From the NCBI GenBank assembly GCA_002269645.1, contig NIVC01004310.1:1-50930 (forward strand): DNA of 50,930 bases, in the 5' to 3' direction. Positions 22,547 to 32,445 of this stretch are shown one piece after another. The notes under the pieces were generated by a model, which saw nothing but the letters and a program-made list of their open reading frames with translations, was not told the origin of the DNA and made no database searches. The translations under genes and the position numbers were made by a program. The stretch is from Macrostomum lignano. Its lineage: Eukaryota. Every line of letters begins with the position of its first letter. Positions within the stretch are counted from its first letter, which is position 1.

Positions 22547-25500
22547 ATGTCAGAAATTCCAGATTATGAATCTTCACATGAAGGTTATGATTCCAGAGTA
22601 AAAATTATTTGCTTGGGGGACAGTGCAGTTGGAAAGTCAAAGTAAGTTCTTTGCGTCTATTTTTAACTTTTCGAATCTATTTATTCAAGTTTTGCATATT
22701 GCTTTGTCTATTATAATGATAATCAACACAAAACTTACCTTTTTGTATACCATAAACTGAGCTAGAATAAAGGCCTATTTTTTTACATTTATATTTTTAT
22801 AGGCTGTTAATAAAGCATAAAAAGATTTGTATTCACTTTTTTGACTATTATAAATTTTCATAGATATAAATACTATGAGTTCTAGTTATATTGTCTGTTA
22901 CCAACTCATCTATTATTAACTTGTTTGCCTAAATATATAAGTAAGATAATCTACCCATAGCTTGTCTGCTACCAACTTTGAAACCCAGGCTATAGATGGT
23001 ATGGTATATATGTACATTGTACAATAGAATTTTCTAGAATATGGATAGATCTAGTATATATCATTGGCATATAAATTGGTATATACAAGTATATATACAT
23101 TGCATTTTCTATGAAACAGATTCAAATATAAGTTTTACAGGTATTTTTCAAATGGAAAATATAGTTTTTTGTATTTTTTTTAGAAAAGCCAGGTATATAG
23201 GATTATCAAACTTCTTTGATAGGTATTTTGGTGCAAATATCCCATGATCTTAATTATGACTTATATCAATATTGATAGATTAGAAAAAAAACTTAACATA
23301 ACATTTTAAGAGCTTAGAATTTATAGAAATATTTTTAAAACATTTAAAATTTGATTTGCAAGTATATTACATTTTTATTGCATTATGTTTGGTAATATTA
23401 TTAAATTTATAGCAAAAGTTTTATATATATTAACCAAACTATATATGAAACTAAGTATAACAAAATAATTTATTAAATAATCAAATATATGTCTCTATAA
23501 ATAAGAAATATATCAATCACATATATAGACATTTGAATAGTTTTATTATTTATTAGATTAATTATACCAACTTATCTTCTTTGCCTTTTAAATAGAGAAA
23601 GATAGAGTCAGAGATAGCTGCCAACTTAAGTTAACTAGTTGGTGGAGGACTAAGTGACTAGAATGTAATATCATAGGCTATGCATATAGATAAAGCAGAC
23701 TAATAAGATATATAATAAGCTGTAGCTTATAGTCAATATGATAAATCATTATCAATTATACATTAAGAGATAGTTTAGCTAATCTAGGTATCAGTATGTA
23801 TACTTAACTTAACAACATTGATAAGTTGCTACCTTTTGCCTTATTAAGCAGTATTTAGGTCCCACAAAACTTATTTTTTAAAGTTCTAAGTGCTACAAAT
23901 CATTAGTATTAATAACTATAATGCAACACCTTCCTACCTTGACCTTATTGCAATACAATAACTAGAAGATTCTTAAAATACAATAGAAAGTCATCTACTA
24001 TAGGTCATATTGTTCCAATAGGGTTATAAAATTTACTTAGCCTATGTTAAGCCTAGATATATATCTACAATGGTATTATTATAGAAAAAAGCATTGCTTA
24101 TATCTACAAAATATGGCTGTTAGTTCATTATAATATGATTAGCCAATCCAACATATGTAAGTCAAAAATTAGTCAACCATTTCTATTATAGCAATTGTCA
24201 TAGTATGTCTTTTATATGTCTAATTATTTATTTTAATTAAATCAGTTTATATTATCTACATTGTCTTTAATTGTAAGAATTATCTACCAAATTCAAATTT
24301 AAGTAAATATTTTTTCTTTCATTATTCCCATTTTAGACTGGTTGAGCGGTTCGTGATGAATGGATAGTATCCTTTTTACATTGCCTATATTAATTGCACA
24401 TATGAACTGCTTCTTTATATTGATATTTTTAATTTTTGCATGATTCTTGTCTTTTTTATATTACCAAGCAAAGCAGAAGGAAAGTATATAAACTATATAC
24501 AGGTAATACAAGTATATACATAATATTTTCAAAGCCAGTTTATATTATTTTATTTTCCTTAACAGTATATTGCAAAAAATACCAACTAGTCAACCACAAC
24601 AGCTGTCAACTTATGCACTTACACTGTTCAAGCATGAGTACCAACTGAATGGAAAGAAGATTGCCATTGGTAAGAGAAATTCTCAAGCTTAAGTGTGTAT
24701 TTTATAAAATCAGTTTCTAATATCAAACTTCTTTGTATATGTATGTAGATCCTAATTCCCAACTGAATCCCATTTTTATGTATTGGTTCAAAATCCTCAA
24801 CTGAAGTCCCATTTTCAAGATATAGATCCCAAATTCCCAAGTGAAATCCCATTTTCAAGACATAGATCCCAAATCCTCAAGTCAAATCCCATTTTCAAAG
24901 CAGAGATCCCAAATCCCCAAGTGAAATCCCATTTTCAAAGCAGAGATCCCAAATCCCCAAGTCAAATCCCATTTTCAAGGCAGTGATCCAAAATTCCCAA
25001 ATGAAATCCCATTTTCAAGGCAGTGATCCCAAATCCCAAACTGTAATCTTATTTTCAATATCAGAGATCCCAAATCCCCAAGTGAAATCCCATTTTGAAG
25101 GCAAAGATCCCAAGTCCCCAAATGAAATCCCCTTTCCCAAAGCATTTATTCAAACCCAAAACAAAATTCGCAGTTTTTAAAGCATAGATCCCTATCCTCA
25201 AATACATCTCCTTCTTTCAAACGAATGATCTATTTTATCGTAAATAAATCTCATTCTCCCATTGCGGCAGATTTCTGGGACACAGCCGGCCAGGAGCGGT
25301 TCCAGTCCATGCACACGTCCTACTATCACCAGGCGCACTGTTGCATTCTTGTGTTCGACGTGACTCGCAAGGTCACCTATAAAAACTTGCCCACCTGGTA
25401 CAAGGAGCTGAGGCAGCACAGGCCAGAGATTCCCTGTCTCTGCGCTGCCAATAAGATTGATGGTAAGTCTTTGGTGTGACTGAGTGGAGCTGAGGTCGGG

Positions 25501-28500
25501 ATTAGGTCATGTGATTTAGGAAAAGGTGACACCCCCTGAAAAATTTAAGTATATGGACTGAGGACTGGCAGCATTCTCTGGCTAATCAGACTATATTAAG
25601 AGTGACGGCACTCTCTGAAGAACCAGCCATATAAAGTGACGGCACTGCCTGAAGAATCAGGCCATATGAAGTGACGGCACTGCCTGAAGAATCAGACTAT
25701 ATTAGTGACGGCACTCGCTGATGAATCAGACTATATTAGAGTGACGGCACTGCCTGAAGAATCAGACCATATTAGAGTGACGGCACTGCCTGAAGAATCA
25801 GACTATATTAGAGTGACGGCACTCCCTGAAGAATCAGGCCATATGGAGTGACGGCACTGCCTGAAGAATCAGACTATATTAGAGTGACGGCACTCGCTGA
25901 AGAATCAGACTATATTAGAGTGACGGCACTCCCTGAAGAATCAGACTATATTAGAGTGACGGCACTCCCTGAAGAACCAGACTATATTAGAGTGACGGCA
26001 CTCCCTGAAGAATCAGACTATATTAGAGTGACGGCACTCCCTGAAGAACCAGACTATATTAGAGTGACGGCACTCCCTGAAGAATCAGACTATATTAGAG
26101 TGACGGCACTCGCTGAAGAATTAGCGCATGTGGACTGATGACACTGAAGAATCAGGGCTGGGTCATGTAGGAACCCACTGATGTGTTCAATTCCAAGAGT
26201 GACAGATCTAAAGACCATTAGATGCTTAGGCAAATCTTAATTGGTCCTGACCCGCAGCCAACATGGCCATCACCAAGACGAGCTTCAATTTCCCCAAGAA
26301 GCACGGCATGCCCTTCTATTTCGTGTCCGCTTCGGACGGCACCAATGTTGTGAAAATGTTCCGGCACGCCATTCAGGCCGCGGTGGAGTACAGAACCAGC
26401 GGCAGCGATATTACCGACCTCATTATGGAGGAGCTCGAGGTGAGCGGTTTCGCAGTTTGAGAATCGCCCGCGTGATCAATGTCATCTTTCTTTGAATAGG
26501 CTCGAACGGTTCTTTCTAATAATTGCCTCTTTCAGGAACTATAATTAAAAACCGTTTTAAATATCTGAGAATCTGTTCCGCTTTCTAAGAAATGCATCTA
26601 ATATCGAACAATCGCCTCCTTATTATCTAAGAATCGTCATCTTTCGAAGAATTGCCTCTTAAGTTCATTTTTCTAAGAATCGCCTCTAGGTAATCTTTCT
26701 AAGAATCGTCTGAGCCATATTTCTAAGAATCGTCTGAGTCATCTTTTCAAAAATCGTCTCTGAGCCATCTTTCTAAGAATTGCGTCTAAGCCATGTTTCT
26801 AAGAATTGCCTCTTAGTAATCTTTCTAAGAATTGCTTTTAAGTCATCTTTCTAAGGATTGTCTTTAATTCAACTTTCTAAAAATCGTCTCTAAGTCATCT
26901 TTCTAAGAACGTCTCTGAGCCATCTTTCTAAGAATTGTGTCTGATCATCATCTTTCTAAGAATCGTCTCTGAGCCATCTTTATGAGAATCGTCTCTGAGC
27001 CACCTTTATGAGAATCGTCTCTGGACCATCTTTCTAAGAATCGTCTCTGAGCCATCTTTATGGGAATCGTCTCTGGACCATCTTTCTAAGAATCGTCTCT
27101 GAGCCACCTTTATGAGAATCGTCTCTGGACCATCTTTCTAAGAATCGTCTCTGAGCCATCTTTATGAGAATCGTCTCTGGACCATCTTTCTAAGAATCGT
27201 CTCTGAGCCATCTTTCTAAGAATCGTCTCTGAGCCATCTTTCTAAGAATCGTCTCTGAGCCGTCTTTCTAAGAATCGTCTCTGAGCCATCTTTCTAAGAA
27301 TCGTCTCTGAGCCATCTTTCTAAGAATCGTCTCTGAGCCATCCTTCAAAGAATCGTCTCTGAGCCATCTTTCTAAGAATTGCCCTTGATTCATCTTTCTA
27401 AGAATCTCAATTAAAAAAAATTCCCTTTAAATCTGAGCGTCTCAGAATCGTCTCTGGACCATCTTTCTAAGAATCGTCTTTGAGCCCTCTTTCTAAGAAT
27501 CGTCTCTGAGCCACCTTTATGAGAATCGTCTCTGGACCATCTTTCTAAGAATCGTCTTTGAGCCATCTTTCTAAGAATCGTCTCTGAGCCATCTTTATGA
27601 GAATCGTCTTTGGATCATCTTTCTAAGAATCGTATCTGAGCCATCTTTATGAGAATCGTCTCTGGACCATCTTTATGAGAATCGTCTCTGGACCATCTTT
27701 CTAAGAATCGTCTCTGGACCATCTTTCTAAGAATCGTCTCTGAGCCATCTTTCTAAGAATCGTCTCTGGACCATCTTTCTAAGAATCGTCTCTGAGCCAT
27801 CTTTCTAAGAATCGTCTCTGAGCCACCTTTATGAGAATCGTCTCTGGACCATCTTTCTAAGAATCGTCTCTGAGCCATCTTTATGAGAATCGTCTCTGGA
27901 CCATCTTTCTAAGAATCGTCTCTGAGCCATCTTTCTAAGAATCGTCTCTGAGCCATCTTTCTAAGAATCGTCTCTGAGCCGTCTTTCTAAGAATCGTCTC
28001 TGAGCCATCTTTCTAAGAATCGTCTCTGAGCCATCTTTCTAAGAACCGTCTCTGAGCCATCCTTCAAAGAATCGTCTCTGAGCCATCTTTCTAAGAATTG
28101 CCCTTGATTCATCTTTCTAAGAATCTCAATTAAAAAAATTCCCTTTAAATCTGAGCGTCTCAGAATCGTCTCTGGACCATCTTTCTAAGAATCGTCTTTG
28201 AGCCCTCTTTCTAAGAATCGTCTCTGAGCCACCTTTATGAGAATCGTCTCTGGACCATCTTTCTAAGAATCGTCTTTGAGCCATCTTTCTAAGAATCGTC
28301 TCTGAGCCATCCTTCAAAGAATCGTCTCTGAGCCATCTTTCTAAGAATTGCCCTTGATTCATCTTTCTAAGAATCTCAATTAAAAAAATTCCCTTTAAAT
28401 CTGAGCGTCTCAGAATCGTCTCTGGACCATCTTTCTAAGAATCGTCTTTGAGCCCTCTTTCTAAGAATCGTCTCTGAGCCACCTTTATGAGAATCGTCTT

Positions 28501-29642
28501 TGAGCCATCTTTCTAAGAATCGTCTCTGAGCCATCTTTATGAGAATCGTCTTTGGATCATCTTTCTAAGAATCGTATCTGAGCCATCTTTATGAGAATCG
28601 TCTCTGGACCATCTTTATGAGAATCGTCTCTGGACCATCTTTCTAAGAATCGTCTCTGGACCATCTTTCTAAGAATCGTCTCTGAGCCATCTTTCTAAGA
28701 ATCGTCTCTGGACCATCTTTCTAAGAATCGTCTCTGAGCCATCTTTCTAAGAATCGTCTCTGAGCCATCTTTCTAAGAATCGTCTGAGTCATCTTTATGA
28801 GAATCGTCTCTGGACCATCTTTCTAAGAATCGTCTTTGAGCCATCTTTCTAAGAATCGTCTCTGAGCCATCTTTCTAAGAATTGCCCTTGATTCATCTTT
28901 CTAAGAATCTCAATTAAAAAAAATTCCCTTTAAATCTGAGCGTCTCAGAATCGTCTCTGGACCATCTTTCTAAGAATCGTCTTTGAGCCCTCTTTCTAAG
29001 AATCGTCTCTGAGCCACCTTTATGAGAATCGTCTCTGGACCATCTTTCTAAGAATCGTCTCTGGACCATCTTTCTAAGAATCGTCTGAGTCATCTTTATG
29101 AGAATCGTCTCTGGACCATCTTTCTAAGAATCGTCTTTGAGCCATCTTTCTAAGAATCGTCTCTGAGCCATCTTTATGAGAATCGTCTTTGGATCATCTT
29201 TCTAAGAATCGTATCTGAGCCATCTTTCTAAGAATCGTCTCTGAGCCATCTTTATGAGAATCGTCTCTGGACCATCTTTCTAAGAATCGTCTCTGAGCCA
29301 TCTTTCTAAGAATCGTCTCTGAGCCATCTTTCTAAGAATCGTCTCTGAGCCATATTTCTAAGAATCGTCTCTGAGCCATCTTTCTAAGAATCGTCTCTGA
29401 GCCATCTTTCTAAGAATCGTCTCTGAGCCATCTTTGTAAGAATCGTCTCTGAGCCATCTTTATGAGAATCGTCTCTGAGCCATCTTTAAGAATCTTCTCT
29501 GAGCCATCTTTCTAAGAATCGCCCTTGATTCATCTTTCTAAGAATCTCAATTAAAAAATTTCCCTAAGTTGTACTTATGATTTGTATTAAATTTCAATTT
29601 CAGCGCATGGAACTCGAAGAAACGGAGCAGACAAGTCCCTGA
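22547..29642 (+). CDS. RABL2: Rab-like GTPase RABL2; exons 22547-22641, 24337-24366, 24590(or 24566)-24669, 25271-25462, 26258-26439, 29604-29642 (~205 aa)
   Basis: VKIICLGDSAVGKSK|LVERFVMNGY|QPQQLSTYALTLFKH..|DFWDTAGQERFQSMHTSYYH..ANKID|..SFNFPKKHGMPFYFVSASDGTNVVK. All junctions are GT-AG and in frame; total 618 nt. Confidence 0.95.
24760..25140. repeat. ~40-bp degenerate repeat (GATCCCAAATCCCCAAGTGAAATCCCATTTTCAAGGCA) in RABL2 intron 3
   Basis: About 9 copies read directly. Confidence 0.85.
25597..26125. repeat. 36-bp minisatellite (AGAGTGACGGCACTCCCTGAAGAATCAGACTATATT) in RABL2 intron 4
   Basis: About 14 copies; explains the 12-aa periodic ORF 25848-26138. Confidence 0.93.
26560..29565. 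repeat. 26-bp minisatellite (TTCTAAGAATCGTCTCTGAGCCATCT) with higher-order blocks, filling RABL2 intron 5
   Basis: About 100 units, degenerate left edge, and an AT-rich ~70-bp interruption recurring five times. Confidence 0.95.
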
Positions 29643-30212
29643 TGCAGTCAGCTAATACTTTTTTTGATTCAACTGACACAATATTAACTAAAAATTTTAT
29701 TAGGGCACCAAATAATTTACTGTCACTCTTGGCCCAGTCCTTTTAATACTGTCCTATTTTTCCTCTACGAGACTTTCTAAGAAATGCTCTAATGTTGTCG
29801 GAATAATTTGTTTTTATTCTTTAATATGAACTACTCAATCATATCCCCTAATGCATCAATGTTGTACTGTGTCTTTTCAATTCTTTGAAGAGCTTTTAGC
29901 TAAACTTTATTGTGCATGGACAAGTTCTGGGCACATGGAGCATATTGACGTGTTACTGTGAACTCAACACATCTGGTTGCTTCACATTGCTTTCATTGTT
30001 GTAGCTTATTGTTTTATTGTAATAATTTATGTGGCTGTGCTTATTGGTATAGCTTTGGATATTTGATGACTGCTTCTCTTTGCTCTGGTTGACTCGCTGT
30101 CTACTAATAGCTAATGGACTTTTGCAATCCTTCTTTATCAAGTATTCTGTATACATATTTATGTTGTATGCTCTGCTGTTGCAGTGTTCCCAGTCTTAGA
30201 ATTTCCACAATG

Positions 30213-30510
30213 TCCCTCAGTTGCTGGGCCAGCCTCCCAGATCCTCAGTTGCTGGGCCAGCCTCCCAGATCCTCAGTTGCTGGGCCAGCCTCCCAGATCC
30301 TCAGTTGCTGCACCAGCCTCCCAGATCCTCAGTTGCTGGGCCAGCCTCCCAGAGTGTCAGTTGCTGGGGCAGCCTCCCAGATCCTCAGTTGCTGGGCCAG
30401 CCTCCCAGATCCTCAGTTGCTGGGCCAGCCTCCCAGATCCTCAGTTGCTGGGCCAGCCTCCCAGATCCTCAGTTGCTGCACCAGCCTCCTAGATCTTCAG
30501 TTGCTGGGCC
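30213..30510 (-). repeat. 28-bp minisatellite, reverse complement of the 16060-16372 family
   Basis: CCCAGATCCTCAGTTGCTGGGCCAGCCT about 10 times. Confidence 0.92.
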
Positions 30511-31299
30511 ATCGCTTTCCCCAGACCCACGAGTTCCAGATGTATTGATAAATAGTACATTATAAACATTATCAGTGTCTGGTGCAACTCTGTCATATAT
30601 TATTACAATAGAAATGGCTTAAAATCCTACTTACAATACATTCCTGTCTCTCCTGTGTATATTCATGGTGCTGAGCACTTGTGTATCACTGGGGTTACTT
30701 TTGTAGTTCGAATCAGCTTATGAGGTTTTACTCTACTCGTAGTTAAAGTTTAGGTATATTCTTGTGATAATATTTCAAGCAGATTTAGTTAATTCCCCTT
30801 CTATGCTACTTTTGATAACACGAGCTGTATTTACATTTCGACTTTCAAAGTGTCATTGAGTAGTGTTATGTTTTTTGCGCCTAGATTTCATTCGGCCTAC
30901 TATAGAAGTAGTATGAATAGTCACTTTAGATGAGCAAAAAATTCTCTTTTCTATCAATAATATTCGCACAGGCGATGCCGTTGATCTGTGGCTGTTATTT
31001 CAAAATGAAATTTAAATAAAACGATAACCGCAACTCCCGTGTCCGTCCCTTTTTTCACTGTAAATTCGCTGTGATCTCTTGTTGGGATTTACGGAAATAG
31101 ACGTGAGCACAGCTCAAAGTTTGTGCCGATTTTACACTGACTTCTGCACTGGGCGAGACGGAAATCAATTGCTGTATAATTTTTCTACCATGACTTTCTG
31201 TCAGGTGTTTTCAATAGGATTTCTTTAGGGGTAGAGTGTGAGATTGGGTATGAGATCTGTGGTAGACTTAGGAGACTTCGGTACGACATTTTAAGGTAG

Positions 31300-32250
31300 T
31301 CTTTTTAGGGTATGAGATAGATTTTGAGGTAGCCTTTTTAGGTTATGAGATTTTGAGGTAGCCTTTTTAGGGTATGAGATTTTGAGGTAGCCTTTTCAGG
31401 GTATGAGATTTTGAGGTAGCCTTTTTAGGGTATGAGATTTTGAGGTAGCCTTTATAGGGTATGAGATTTTGAGGTAGCCTTTTTAGGGTATGAGATTTTG
31501 AGGTAGCCTTTTTAGGGTATGAGATTTTGAGGTAGCCTTTATAGGGTATGAGATTTTGAGGTAGCCTTTTTAGGGTATGAGATTTTGAGGTAGCCTTTAT
31601 AGGGTATGAGATTTTGAGGTAGCCTTTTTAGGTTATGAGATTTTGAGGTAGCCTTTATAGGGTATGAGATTTTGAGGTAGCCTTTTTAGGGTATGAGATT
31701 TTGAGGTAGCCTTTTTAGGGTATGAGATTTTGAGGTAGCCTTTTCAGGGTATGAGATTTTGAGGTAGCCTTTTTAGGGTATGAGATTTTAAGGTAGCCTT
31801 TTCAGGGTAAGAGATTTTGAGGTAGCCTTTTTAGGGTATGAGATTTTGAGGTAGCCTTTTTAGGGTATGAGATTTTGAGGTAGCCTTTTTAGGGTATGAG
31901 ATTTTAAGGTAGCCTTTTTAGGGTATGAGATTTTAAGGTAGCCTTTTTAGGGTATGAGATTTTGAGGTAGCCTTTTTAGGGTATGAGATTTTGAGGTAGC
32001 CTGTGGCATCAATTTTTTAAGATAAGATTACTGAAACCGCTGGATCAAGCTTCTTTAGAATTATGACATTTTGAGGTACTCTTTAGGGTGTGAGATTTTG
32101 AGGTAGTCTTTTTAGGGTATGAGATTTTGAGGTAGCCTTTTTAGGGTATGAGATTTTAAGGCAGTGTTTTTAGGGTATGGGATTTTGAGGTAGCCTTTAT
32201 AGGGTATGAGATTTTGAGGTAGCCTTTATAGGTTATGAGATTTTGAGGTA
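31300..32250. repeat. 29-bp minisatellite (TTTTAGGGTATGAGATTTTGAGGTAGCCT), ~30 copies, upstream of the first recognised OGFOD1 exon
   Basis: Read directly; interrupted once near 32005-32075 by a segment echoed at ~32250-32320. Confidence 0.93.
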
Positions 32251-32445
32251 GTCTGTGGTATTAATTTTTGAGGATAAGATTATTAAAACCGCCGGATCAA
32301 ACTAAAATTTTCTTTAGAATTTCTTCAACATTTGTCCTCATTAAGCTTGCTGATCTCCCAGCCTAGTAAGGCGAGAATTTTTCTTAATAAAAGTGCTTTT
32401 TGCATACTTTTATCTCATTGTACTCAACCCTTTTTGGACTCGCAG

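Noticed and set aside
11985-25140. GGGAT-rich arrays at 11985, 14490 and 24760 as one family
   Set aside because: They share only GGGAT(T/C)/GGGATC motifs; unit lengths and the rest of the sequence differ.
26560-29565. CRISPR-like repeat/spacer appearance (also the 55-bp and 65-bp arrays)
   Set aside because: The interruptions are identical to each other rather than unique spacers, there are no cas genes, and the context is a eukaryotic intron.
31190-31204. Candidate first OGFOD1 exon ATGACTTTCTGTCAG|GT, in phase with 32446
   Set aside because: Plausible but too short to support without transcripts; left out of the gene model.
31300-32250. Interstitial telomere
   Set aside because: TTAGGG occurs once per 29-bp unit and never in tandem.
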